Shown piece by piece: positions 26,168 to 35,038 of a stretch of DNA of 64,000 bases. How positions within the stretch are numbered: position 1 is the stretch's first letter; every line of letters starts with the position of its first letter. The notes below the pieces were generated by a model, which worked only from the letters and a program-made list of their open reading frames with translations, had not been told where the DNA came from and did no database searches. The stretch lies in the sequence record NC_031120.1. The stretch is one strand, 5' to 3'. The position numbers were made by a program, and so were the translations under genes.

Positions 26168-26767
26168 ATGTCAACAGTCTACAAAATTGCCGTTATTGGT
26201 TCGCGTGAAACCGAAGCGGAAACCATGCATGAGATGTACACGAACCTGCTGCGTGGCTTTAACATGCTGCATGCTCGTGGGATAGAGTTCGAATACACGT
26301 CCGGTGGCTGTTGGAAAGGGCCTGACCAACTCCAGTTCCAGTTTGCTCGTCAGTGGCGGCAGACTTACGACCAGGACACCGGAAAGCTCCTCAAGCTGAG
26401 CGACAAGTTTATCTGTTACCTGCCGGACGATAAGAAGCTGTGGCTGGCTAAACAGCACCCCAATGTAGAGTTCCGTGTAATCCCTCAGGACGAGCGTTAC
26501 CGTGAGATAGTACGTAACCTTCACCCGTATCCAGAAAAGCTCCAGGAGTTCGCCTGGGCGCTCCATGGGCGTAATTTGAATATCATTATGGGAGACACTC
26601 TGGATTCCCCGGTGGACGCTGTCTATTTCAGTGCGCCATTGAACAAACACGGGGAACCTACCGGCGGTACTGCGATGGGCGTCAAGTACGCGAAGCAGTG
26701 TGGTATTCCTTGCTTTAATCATGCTGAAGACCATGCTGCCTGGCTGGAGTCATTGCGTTTACTATGA
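26168..26767 (+). CDS. SLOG-superfamily (DprA/YspA-like) protein
   Basis: IAVIGSR, TSGGC..GPD, RN..I.G, GGTAMGVKYA...GIPCFN. Confidence 0.7.
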   Translation: MSTVYKIAVIGSRETEAETMHEMYTNLLRGFNMLHARGIEFEYTSGGCWKGPDQLQFQFARQWRQTYDQDTGKLLKLSDKFICYLPDDKKLWLAKQHPNVEFRVIPQDERYREIVRNLHPYPEKLQEFAWALHGRNLNIIMGDTLDSPVDAVYFSAPLNKHGEPTGGTAMGVKYAKQCGIPCFNHAEDHAAWLESLRLL

Positions 26768-26798
26768 CCTGGCCTGCCGCTACACAGGAGCTGCTGTT

Positions 26799-27068
26799 AT
26801 GAAACAGAAACCTCTGCTTGTCCGTCTTTTCGAAGCGTTCTTCCCCGACGAAGTGAAACCGTTAACCCCACGGATTCGTGAGTTCCGCGGTGACGAAGAA
26901 GCCTTCTGGGAACACATGGAGAAAAACCATTCTGGTTGGACCCCGGTGTACCCGTTAGAAGAGAACAAAGCCCGTGTCGTTCACTACCACAGTGAGGAAG
27001 GGTATCTGGTTGCCATCTGTGTACGCTGGCCACAACGTAATTACTACTACACGGTGACCGTGTACTGA
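26799..27068 (+). CDS. hypothetical protein
   Basis: start reassigned to ATG 26799 (AGGAG RBS); 89 aa. Confidence 0.65.
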   Translation: MKQKPLLVRLFEAFFPDEVKPLTPRIREFRGDEEAFWEHMEKNHSGWTPVYPLEENKARVVHYHSEEGYLVAICVRWPQRNYYYTVTVY

Positions 27069-27075
27069 GGGAGCT

Positions 27076-27396
27076 ATGCGCGCAAAACGAGCTGAAGGTG
27101 GGCGTCTTTCTTTTTATTGCCCCGGCTGTAAGACCCGCCACGTTGTCACCGTTCGCGGTGAGCATCAGGGTACGGCCTGGGAGTTTAACGGCAGTCTGGA
27201 ACGCCCCACACTGTCGCCAAGTGTCCTTGTGACCTGGTACAAACCCAGTGATGATGACACGGAGTTTGATGACCCCACAAAAGACGTTAAACAGACGTGT
27301 CACTCGTTTGTGCGCGATGGTCGTATTGAATTTCTGTCCGATTGTTCCCACAGTCTCGCTGGGCAAACAGTGGACTTGCCTGAATTAGAGGATTGA
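27076..27396 (+). CDS. DUF6527-like Cys/His metal-binding protein
   Basis: CPGC..H, W.FNG...PT.SPS.L, CHSF..DG.I.F..DC.H.L.GQ.V.L. Confidence 0.65.
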   Translation: MRAKRAEGGRLSFYCPGCKTRHVVTVRGEHQGTAWEFNGSLERPTLSPSVLVTWYKPSDDDTEFDDPTKDVKQTCHSFVRDGRIEFLSDCSHSLAGQTVDLPELED

Positions 27397-27398
27397 TC

Positions 27399-28553
27399 AT
27401 GTCAGCTGATTTTGATTTTATCACTCTGTGGGAAGACTACGACACCGTGGTGGCGTTAGAGTCTCGTGGAGTAGGTCTTGAGAACCCGATGATGCGCAGC
27501 ATTGCAAAGCGTTGGGAAATTCTCGAAGAGATTGAACAGGTCGTGGCGCACGAGTCTCGCGCCATGATGGAGCGTGCCCAAGTGATGGCAGATGCGGCCG
27601 CCGAAGGAAGAACTGCTACCCGCTTTGCGAAGAAGACCGGGAAGATTGCTGGCAAAGGCGCAGTCGGTGCGACTAAGCTCGCGGGCAAAGGGGCAGGGAA
27701 AGCGGCCAAGGCCACCGGAAAAGGTGTGGGGAAAGTCTCTGCGGCGCTTGGGGTCAAATTTAAAGAATGGGCTGCCCACTACGGGCCGAAGTTCAAAGAG
27801 AAGATGGACGACCTGCTTGGCAAAGCACAGATGATGGATCGCAAACGCCAGAAGCTCGATCGTCGTCTGGACGAAACCAAAGAGCTGCGGGAAGAACCTA
27901 TCCGTGGCCTGGGGTGGATCTCCAAAGTCTGTCTGCTGGATGATGTGAACCTGGATGCTTGCCTGTGGCTGGCTGACCATACTGGTGACCTCAACGGAAT
28001 GGTCAAAGCCTACACCGTGAAAGTCCGTCAGTACGAAGGTTTACTGGTCGGGCGTTACAAAGAAGAAGCTGACGGCACCCTGAGTAAAATCAAGCTGGGT
28101 TCCAATGCGGCGATTCACCGCGCATCAGGACTTCTGGGACGTTTCACGCAGAACGATGTTAAAGCTCGCCCGCTGGCCGGTAATGTGATTATCGTGACGC
28201 GCGGTAAAGGCGAGAAAGAACGTGTGGATTTTGCCACCGCGGTGGAAAGCCAGTTCGGTGGGAAGGTCTATCCACTGAAACGTGAACAGTGTAAGAAAGC
28301 ACTGAACGCGGTGGGGAAACTGGCCAAGGCACTCGATGAGCGTGGCGCAAAACGTGGGGTGTTCAGCTACACGGGCATCTATCATGAGATGGAAGCCATG
28401 CGTGCGGATATGGAAAACAAAGACGGCGAAGAACTCCGCGCGGCGATGTTACTGTACAAAAATGCCATGGCAATGGAAGACGCCTTCACCACCGCGATGG
28501 CGCGTACGGGTGACGGTTTACTTAACTGGGTAGCGGCTAGCCTTAAAAGCTAG
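27399..28553 (+). CDS. internal head (ejection) protein-like, phiKZ_IP-type
   Basis: N-terminal ALE-21, GLE-28, AHE-52 processing-type sites; K/G/A-rich segment; PLAGN motif. Confidence 0.55.
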   Translation: MSADFDFITLWEDYDTVVALESRGVGLENPMMRSIAKRWEILEEIEQVVAHESRAMMERAQVMADAAAEGRTATRFAKKTGKIAGKGAVGATKLAGKGAGKAAKATGKGVGKVSAALGVKFKEWAAHYGPKFKEKMDDLLGKAQMMDRKRQKLDRRLDETKELREEPIRGLGWISKVCLLDDVNLDACLWLADHTGDLNGMVKAYTVKVRQYEGLLVGRYKEEADGTLSKIKLGSNAAIHRASGLLGRFTQNDVKARPLAGNVIIVTRGKGEKERVDFATAVESQFGGKVYPLKREQCKKALNAVGKLAKALDERGAKRGVFSYTGIYHEMEAMRADMENKDGEELRAAMLLYKNAMAMEDAFTTAMARTGDGLLNWVAASLKS

Positions 28554-28565
28554 TAAGGACGCAGA

Positions 28566-29033
28566 ATGAAAGTGTTACTCATTCTTAAACCCGATTCACG
28601 GTATGGCAAGCAGTATTACACTGCTCTGCTGGACCTCCACAATGCCCTGTACGCTGACCAGCGGGCCAAGCTCAACGATCTGACAGGTCGTGATGGCTTT
28701 GGTGGTGCCGATTCCCTCGATGGGATTTGGGGCCCTGGGGATGTGATGGCATTGGCTATTGATGAAAACGATAAAGCGGTGGGCTTCCTGTCGTTTGCTA
28801 TCTCTGGCAAGAATGCGCAAAAATGGCTTTGGATTCACAACTTCTATGTTGACTCCTCCCAACGCGGTAAAGGTGTTGGGACGCTATTGATGGATACGGT
28901 TAAAGAATACGGCAAAGCCAAAGGCTGTCGGTTCATGCAGTTGACTGTGCTTGACAATAACGACGCGGCGTTAGCGATGTATCAGAAGATGGGCTTCCAG
29001 ACTGAAATGCAGGATATGGTTAAGGAGTTGTGA
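28566..29033 (+). CDS. GNAT-family acetyltransferase
   Basis: IHNFYVDSSQRGKGVGTLLM and N.AA.AMYQKMGF. Confidence 0.9.
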   Translation: MKVLLILKPDSRYGKQYYTALLDLHNALYADQRAKLNDLTGRDGFGGADSLDGIWGPGDVMALAIDENDKAVGFLSFAISGKNAQKWLWIHNFYVDSSQRGKGVGTLLMDTVKEYGKAKGCRFMQLTVLDNNDAALAMYQKMGFQTEMQDMVKEL

Positions 29034-29034
29034 T

Positions 29035-29682
29035 ATGTCGACAGCACGCAGCGTACCGCACACAACCGGTTCGCGCTTTACTTTTGGTGTAAAACGTTTT
29101 GGCTTCTGCCATCGTCCGGGTTGGAAAGTGGTACGTGTGGCTGGGACATTTTGGCAACTACCGCCGGGTATTGAGAACCACATGTCGATTGAACAAATCG
29201 AACAGTTCTTGCGTGGTGCTGACAGTAGTCAGCAGGGTTCGTGGTCAAACACGGCGCGCCACCGGAGTACCTCAAAAACCAAAGACGCAACCGAACGGGG
29301 TGTCTATTGGACGGGGCAGAAAGCTTTCCAGGTCGGGATGGAACCGTTGAAATTCGTGGTCTCGGAATTCAACGAGGAGATTGATGGCGATATCATGACC
29401 GGTATCGTGGTCCAGTTTCCCGACAGTCCGAAAGATGATTACGTGCTGGGTACGGTGAAAGATGTCACGATGGCAACGTTCTATAAATACCTCTTGTTCT
29501 ACAGTCGTCAGGTTTATCACCATCTGATCAACGAAGATGGTTACAATCGTATGAACCTGCCGTACGGGCGGAACCGGAGATTACTGGGATGTTCTATTCT
29601 GAACTCGAAAAATACACCGCCGCACTGCGAGCTGCCCCCACCAAGCACGACCACTCCTTTACAGATGTCCTTGATGCTCTAG
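29035..29682 (+). CDS. hypothetical protein
   Basis: 215 aa, GGAG RBS; 3' 94 nt overlap the next ORF. Confidence 0.55.
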   Translation: MSTARSVPHTTGSRFTFGVKRFGFCHRPGWKVVRVAGTFWQLPPGIENHMSIEQIEQFLRGADSSQQGSWSNTARHRSTSKTKDATERGVYWTGQKAFQVGMEPLKFVVSEFNEEIDGDIMTGIVVQFPDSPKDDYVLGTVKDVTMATFYKYLLFYSRQVYHHLINEDGYNRMNLPYGRNRRLLGCSILNSKNTPPHCELPPPSTTTPLQMSLML

Positions 29683-29957
29683 AGGGCATTCCTGACCTCA
29701 AAGTGACTGTGGACTACGCGAACGTAAAGGCCGACGTCATGCTGGCGAACTTGACCTTTACCAACCCGCACGGGTCGTTTGAACTGCGCTATCGGTATAA
29801 CGCTCATTATTTCCTCACCTTAATGTGTTACGTTAAACACGATGGTCACACCTATCCTGTGAGATGGTGGGATGATTATTCCAAGTTCAAGTATGCGTTG
29901 ACTGACCACAGTCAAACCGTACACGACTTTATGCGAGCCGTATGTGACGGTTTCTAA
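29589..29957 (+). CDS. hypothetical protein
   Basis: 122 aa, GGAG RBS at 29576-29579 region. Confidence 0.65.
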   Translation: MFYSELEKYTAALRAAPTKHDHSFTDVLDALEGIPDLKVTVDYANVKADVMLANLTFTNPHGSFELRYRYNAHYFLTLMCYVKHDGHTYPVRWWDDYSKFKYALTDHSQTVHDFMRAVCDGF

Positions 29958-29969
29958 GAGAGTGAGAAA

Positions 29970-30569
29970 ATGCCTGAGATGATTTTGGATTCTCTGTTTT
30001 TGATCACCAACGCGTATATCGACAAGCACAAAAAGCTGCCGATGCGGGTGTGCGTACGCCGTAAAGGGGTAAGCCGCCTGTATCACATTGCCACCGTGCT
30101 GGACATTGCGTGTAAGGTGACGGGGATGGCTAAGCCGAAGTCCCTGAACAACTTTAAACACGTTCGGGGTATTCTGCACAAAGCAGTGTGTGTGATGCAC
30201 CGTTTGCGTCGTCAGTCGCCATACCGTTTCCTGTTGAAAGACGGGGTGGATGACACTGGCCATCGCGATAACCTGGTTGACCTGCGTGACGCGTTCTGCA
30301 ATGTCGCAGGTTTAGCGCGTGAACGTTTGGTGTCGGTTGCACAAGGTAACACCCGTGCACCTACGCAGCAAGAAGCCGAAGCCGCCATCGAGATGATGAA
30401 GCGTGCTGAGCTGGTTGTGGTGAATGACGAGAAAGAAGCGTTTCGTCTACAACACTACTTGGCTGAGCGGGCCTTAACACCGTTGGTGGTTCACGCTGAT
30501 GTCGCCGCTCCACTGAACCAACCGGTAACGGTAGGGGAATGGTCGGAGCCGACGGTTGCGCACCAGTGA
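29970..30569 (+). CDS. hypothetical protein
   Basis: 199-aa ORF closed by terminator. Confidence 0.7.
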   Translation: MPEMILDSLFLITNAYIDKHKKLPMRVCVRRKGVSRLYHIATVLDIACKVTGMAKPKSLNNFKHVRGILHKAVCVMHRLRRQSPYRFLLKDGVDDTGHRDNLVDLRDAFCNVAGLARERLVSVAQGNTRAPTQQEAEAAIEMMKRAELVVVNDEKEAFRLQHYLAERALTPLVVHADVAAPLNQPVTVGEWSEPTVAHQ

Positions 30570-30573
30570 GAGT

Positions 30574-30610
30574 ACCCACCCTTCGGGGTGGGTTTATCTT
30601 ATTATTTTTT
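30574..30610 (+). terminator. intrinsic terminator
   Basis: ACCCACCC-TTCG-GGGTGGGT plus T-rich tail. Confidence 0.88.
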
Positions 30611-30632
30611 GGATAGATTTAATCTAGGGGAG
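30611..30632 (+). promoter_or_regulatory. putative early promoter (variant)
   Basis: GGATAGATTTAATC-TAG-GGGAG. Confidence 0.55.
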
Positions 30633-30664
30633 AGACAACTTCTTCGCTTATCAAGGAACCTGTT

Positions 30665-31399
30665 ATGTTAAAAGATGTTATCGGTCGTGACATTAAAGAC
30701 ATTCTTGAAAATCCGTTTCTGGAACTGGTCTATCGTTTAGAAATGCCGGGCAATCCCCTCGCTGCTTTTTACTTTACCGATAACCGACCTAAGAACGCTG
30801 CCCGTGGTGTGTTGGTTGATAAACGGACACGAAAGATTATCGCCCGGTTATCGAAAACCGCTGCCGGGAACTCAAAGCGTGTACCCGTATTTAAGACCCA
30901 TGCTTTTGTCTTCAATTTAGAAAGTGAAATTCACTCCTACTTCTTTAAACACGTTTGTGGTGACAAAGATTTGGTGAGGGCACTACACAATCAGAATCAA
31001 GCGGAGATTAAGAGACTAGACCCGTTCTTCTTCACCTTACTTGATTTATACCATCGTGCCGCTCGAGAAGAGTGGCCAGGCGGGAGGTATGAAAACTGGC
31101 CTGCCTTCCGTAAGCTAACCGCTGATGTTAATACGAGTATCACGGTAAACGGTGTGCGTCGCCTTGTTACTGTCCGGCGGATAATGGAGATTTACCATCC
31201 GACCTTGCGCGTCGAATACCATGGATTCTTTGGTAGGCCAGGCGGCCGTCGACACACGTACGGTATGGCAATCATAAGGGAATATGTTATTGACGAGCTG
31301 CCCACAGTACGGCAGTTCTTGGAAGACCCAAGGCACCAACCCCTCATTGAGTTAACGTATCAAGATTATGACGCTCGTAACCCACCGAAGAAGTCTTGA
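30665..31399 (+). CDS. hypothetical basic protein
   Basis: 244 aa, AAGGA RBS. Confidence 0.75.
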   Translation: MLKDVIGRDIKDILENPFLELVYRLEMPGNPLAAFYFTDNRPKNAARGVLVDKRTRKIIARLSKTAAGNSKRVPVFKTHAFVFNLESEIHSYFFKHVCGDKDLVRALHNQNQAEIKRLDPFFFTLLDLYHRAAREEWPGGRYENWPAFRKLTADVNTSITVNGVRRLVTVRRIMEIYHPTLRVEYHGFFGRPGGRRHTYGMAIIREYVIDELPTVRQFLEDPRHQPLIELTYQDYDARNPPKKS

Positions 31400-31401
31400 T
31401 T

Positions 31402-31426
31402 TTTTACGTGACCTCCCAAGTATATG
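31402..31426 (+). promoter_or_regulatory. TAC-N15-TRTG motif
   Basis: TAC 31405, TATG 31423; not preceded by a terminator hairpin. Confidence 0.55.
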
Positions 31427-31475
31427 CCGTTGTGCGTCGGTTAAAACGCACCAATTTAAACTAGAGAGAACTGCT

Positions 31476-32189
31476 ATGACTGAGAAATATCAAATCACTT
31501 CCGCCGATGGTAAAAAACGCCTGACTGTAAACGAACTTCCGTCCAAGTCACTCTGGGCTACATATCGCACTATGGAATTCCATGTGCTCGATGTCGAGTC
31601 CGGTGAAACCAAAGTCTTGACGAATCGAGTAAAGCGTTTAGCCAAAGTATCGGATGTGGAGAATGCAGCTCGTGTTCAAAAAGGACTGATGAAAGAACTG
31701 GGCGTACAGTTCTTTAAATTAGTCGTAAGAAAACCTGATGCGCTGGAAGCCTATCGCCAAAGCAATTGGAAAGAGGTGGCGAGGCTGGCACCTTTATACG
31801 GCTACCTTTCCGAGTTCGTGGGTTTGTTTTCAACCACATACCTCGGCACCGAATGGGTAGTACCGCCTGCGGACTTTACACGTATTGCGACGTTACAGTC
31901 TCGCGGAACGGTCAAAGGCATTGAACTTGTGGTGACTCAGAAGCTGTCCTACAACCCGGTTAATTCCGATATGGTTCTTATCGAAACGAAATTCTTCCCC
32001 AGCCGTGGTAGGAGTGACTTCATTCGGATGACTGGGTGGTTGGAAGTCAGCCATTTTTATCGTCCCGAAGCGTGGCCAACGGTGAAGAACTACTTGGCTG
32101 AGGAACGTATCCAAGCGTTGCTTACCGGGTGGTTACACGACATCGAATCGCCCATGGTGTCAGCTGCCATGACCAAGACCCCCGAGTAA
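31476..32189 (+). CDS. hypothetical protein
   Basis: start reassigned to ATG 31476; 237 aa. Confidence 0.7.
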   Translation: MTEKYQITSADGKKRLTVNELPSKSLWATYRTMEFHVLDVESGETKVLTNRVKRLAKVSDVENAARVQKGLMKELGVQFFKLVVRKPDALEAYRQSNWKEVARLAPLYGYLSEFVGLFSTTYLGTEWVVPPADFTRIATLQSRGTVKGIELVVTQKLSYNPVNSDMVLIETKFFPSRGRSDFIRMTGWLEVSHFYRPEAWPTVKNYLAEERIQALLTGWLHDIESPMVSAAMTKTPE

Positions 32190-32279
32190 GCTGTCAGGCA
32201 TCCTTTGGGGAGCCTGCTTTGATTTTTTAAAACCGTCGAGCCCCGGTGTAGAGGCTCCTACCTAAGAGAGAATAATACC

Positions 32280-33014
32280 ATGATTAGATACGATCGCACC
32301 AAAGCTATCGAGTTCCTGTCCCGTGACAATGTGAAAACTTTCGCGAGGTTTGCCGCTGAGCCTGAGACAGGGATTCACTTACTGGCTCTGCACTATACGC
32401 GTACCTCCGGCACAGTTACGACACAGGCAGCGTTGTCGTACCCTGACGGTTCACTTGCCGTGATGCAACTGGACGCGTTTCGTAGTGTGGTGGCGAATGT
32501 CGAGCAGTGGTCTGATTTAGAACGTGTGTGTCAGATACTACGCGCAGAAATCGCCCGCTACTTCTTTATGAAAATCGCCCGCTCGCCCGATGACCTGACG
32601 TTGTTCCGTCATGACCAACAACGGTTGTTACAAGTACGGTTTTATCTTCGCCAGTTCGCAGTGCTGAATCGTACAGTATTAGCGGCCATTGACAGTCCGC
32701 GCGAACCTCTCGGTGTAAATGAACTCACCACAGGTTTACCAGACCGTTTGTTCTGGACGGATGAAGGCCGTGGTAAGTTAGGACAGGATGTTTACTTTAT
32801 CCGCCGTACGCTGATTCATGATAATGTTCCGAACCTGTTACCGGAAGAAGGGGAGAAGGTAAACCGTCACTGCTTTGCTGATATCCAAATCTCCGGGCGC
32901 ATGTCGCGGAACTTGCGTGTCGAGAAAAGCTACCCACTTCGGACTTGGCCAACCAACGACGATATATTGAAAGAGTACGCTGAATCCATTACGCGGATGA
33001 TGTCACCTAAGTAA
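32280..33014 (+). CDS. hypothetical protein
   Basis: 244-aa ORF closed by terminator. Confidence 0.75.
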   Translation: MIRYDRTKAIEFLSRDNVKTFARFAAEPETGIHLLALHYTRTSGTVTTQAALSYPDGSLAVMQLDAFRSVVANVEQWSDLERVCQILRAEIARYFFMKIARSPDDLTLFRHDQQRLLQVRFYLRQFAVLNRTVLAAIDSPREPLGVNELTTGLPDRLFWTDEGRGKLGQDVYFIRRTLIHDNVPNLLPEEGEKVNRHCFADIQISGRMSRNLRVEKSYPLRTWPTNDDILKEYAESITRMMSPK

Positions 33015-33021
33015 TAATTCT

Positions 33022-33051
33022 AAGCGGCCTTCGGGTCGCTTTCTTTTTTTT
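33022..33051 (+). terminator. intrinsic terminator
   Basis: AAGCGGCC-TTCG-GGTCGCTT plus T run. Confidence 0.9.
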
Positions 33052-33055
33052 GTCC

Positions 33056-33080
33056 TTTTACGGTATATCCTCTTTATGTG
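33056..33080 (+). promoter_or_regulatory. TAC-N15-TRTG motif
   Basis: TAC 33059, TGTG 33077 (within TATGTG). Confidence 0.5.
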
Positions 33081-33117
33081 AATACACTTGCAATCTTTAC
33101 AATGGGGAAGAAATAAA

Positions 33118-33780
33118 ATGACAATCACCGTGGCTTTCGATGGCCCAGACTATTCCGGCAAATCCACCACAGTCGCTAAGGTAGCGAAGATTCTGGAAGG
33201 GCTTGGACTCCGCGTGGCCATCGCTAACCACCCGCAGGCGCTCACCGAAACTGGACGTTATGCACGTCTGCAATTGGTGACCGGTGCTGCTGATGATATC
33301 GTGGCGCGAGCAATGTGCCAAGATTTCGAATACACGCTGCATAACCTCGTACCGCAGTACGATATCGTGCTCTGTGACCGTTGGGCACCCGTGACCATTG
33401 CCAACCAAGGTGATGCCGGTAAAGAAGAAGTCTTCCGCTCCGGTATTTGTAACATGCCGGGTGCCCCGTCGATTTATGTGTCGATGAAAGTCTGTTATGA
33501 AACAGCCGTAGAACGCAACAGGAAGCGCTTAGAAGAAAAAGGCGTTGACTGGGACGACGCAGTCAGTGCGAAGATGTTCGTCTCTCCTGAAGCGTGGGAA
33601 GCGGCTTGTGCGCGTTACCGTTACGCGTTCCAGATTCTGACTGAGGGCGGTAACAAATTCGAACTCATTGAATTGAATGAGAAGTCTTCTGAATTTGCTG
33701 CACTGGACGTGGCTGGAAAGATTGCTCAGGCATATGCCCGTCAACTGCAAGAACAGAAAGACGCCGTGTTACTGGCCTAA
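33118..33780 (+). CDS. tmk: thymidylate (dTMP) kinase
   Basis: P-loop VAFDGPDYSGKST and VLCDRW motif; ATG 33118. Confidence 0.85.
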   Translation: MTITVAFDGPDYSGKSTTVAKVAKILEGLGLRVAIANHPQALTETGRYARLQLVTGAADDIVARAMCQDFEYTLHNLVPQYDIVLCDRWAPVTIANQGDAGKEEVFRSGICNMPGAPSIYVSMKVCYETAVERNRKRLEEKGVDWDDAVSAKMFVSPEAWEAACARYRYAFQILTEGGNKFELIELNEKSSEFAALDVAGKIAQAYARQLQEQKDAVLLA

Positions 33781-33786
33781 GCAGTA

Positions 33787-33821
33787 CCCCTTACCTTCGG
33801 GTAAGGGGATGCTTATTTTTT
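33787..33821 (+). terminator. intrinsic terminator
   Basis: CCCCTTACC-TTCG-GGTAAGGGG plus T run. Confidence 0.88.
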
Positions 33822-33842
33822 ACGTTACCGTACGGTCTTATG
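33818..33842 (+). promoter_or_regulatory. TAC-N15-TRTG motif
   Basis: TAC 33821, TATG 33839. Confidence 0.5.
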
Positions 33843-33854
33843 TAAAATAATCTT

Positions 33855-33876
33855 AGATAGATATTATCATGGTGAA
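33855..33876 (+). promoter_or_regulatory. putative early promoter
   Basis: AGATAGATATTATC-ATG-GTGAA. Confidence 0.7.
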
Positions 33877-33911
33877 CTTTAGAATGTCTCTAAAGATTTA
33901 AGGAGTCCATC

Positions 33912-34214
33912 ATGGAAAAGAAAGAAATCAAAGTACCAAAGATTACACAGTGTTTAAACAACATCCGTGATTCAGAGCGCGTGCGTTTAGCCAAAGCCTG
34001 GATTGCACAGTTCCGTATTCTGGTTCGCCAGCGTGCTAATGTGGAGCTGGAAACACTGGGTTTGACTGATGACGAGCTGATGCGTCATGGTCTGGATAAC
34101 ACCGATATGGAAACCGTGTTCACCACACTGGTTGCCAGTGGCAAAGTTAATCCGGTGAAAGAACCTACGCCTGTTGTGCAGGGTGTTCGCAGTATCGTTA
34201 AGAAAACCATCTAA
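33912..34214 (+). CDS. hypothetical protein
   Basis: 100 aa, AAGGAG RBS. Confidence 0.75.
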   Translation: MEKKEIKVPKITQCLNNIRDSERVRLAKAWIAQFRILVRQRANVELETLGLTDDELMRHGLDNTDMETVFTTLVASGKVNPVKEPTPVVQGVRSIVKKTI

Positions 34215-34217
34215 CTT

Positions 34218-34237
34218 GTGGCGTGTTAACACGCCAC
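34218..34237. promoter_or_regulatory. perfect 20-bp palindrome (candidate operator or hairpin)
   Basis: GTGGCGTGTT|AACACGCCAC immediately upstream of the HTH gene. Confidence 0.6.
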
Positions 34238-34268
34238 TTTCCTTATTCGATTATCAAGGAGTATCTAC

Positions 34269-34625
34269 ATGCGTTATCATCACGTTGCCACCCGCTCTGC
34301 CAAAGAAACCTTTCTTATTCACCTGTCCTACATTCTGACTGAGTTGAATCGCAAGACTACCCAACGGGAGCTGGCGCAGCTGTGCCAGGTATCTGTTTCA
34401 ACTCTCGGTGCTGTAAAGAATGGCCGCAGCAAAAACGTTTCCTTTGAAACCATGCTGCGTATTGCCGATGCTGTTCGCCTGACCTACCAGGTCATTCTGT
34501 CTTCTAAACACGGAAAGTCCAAGTTCGTTGTAACTTGTGAGTCCGGTGTGGAGTACATGAAGAACAGCCGTATTCGAATCTCTGACCACGGCCGCATTAT
34601 GACCGCCCGTCGAGTGAACCATTAA
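34269..34625 (+). CDS. Cro/CI (XRE)-type HTH protein
   Basis: TQRELAQLCQVSVSTLGAVKNGRSKNVSFETMLRIADAV. Confidence 0.8.
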   Translation: MRYHHVATRSAKETFLIHLSYILTELNRKTTQRELAQLCQVSVSTLGAVKNGRSKNVSFETMLRIADAVRLTYQVILSSKHGKSKFVVTCESGVEYMKNSRIRISDHGRIMTARRVNH

Positions 34626-34634
34626 GGAGTTACC

Positions 34635-35012
34635 ATGACTGCACGTCCCCTGTATATTCACGGTTACATCAAAGCTGGTGTCACCGCTGACGATGGCTGT
34701 TGTAAACATTTGTCCGTCGGTCAGACTGCTTATCGTTTTGTCATCCAGAAAGTGGAAGGCAAAAGCGACCGTTTCTACATGTGTCTGGAATGCCACGAGG
34801 CAATGATGTCTGAGCTGTACCAGACGCGTGTGTGCTGTAACGACTGTAACAAATCCATGGAACGTGAAGATGCCATTCCATGGTCGCCGTACGACGGCAA
34901 TCCGAACGACCCGGTCATGCACCTTTGTGCTGACTGTGAAAGTAAGCCCAAGCATTTCAATCGCGTTGAACAGGATCGTGCTGCGTTCCTGCATACCTTC
35001 GCATCTGCATAA
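34635..35012 (+). CDS. zinc-finger protein
   Basis: CCKH, CLEC, CNDC, CADC pairs. Confidence 0.7.
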   Translation: MTARPLYIHGYIKAGVTADDGCCKHLSVGQTAYRFVIQKVEGKSDRFYMCLECHEAMMSELYQTRVCCNDCNKSMEREDAIPWSPYDGNPNDPVMHLCADCESKPKHFNRVEQDRAAFLHTFASA

Positions 35013-35038
35013 CCCAACCCCCTAAGGAGTATCATCTC

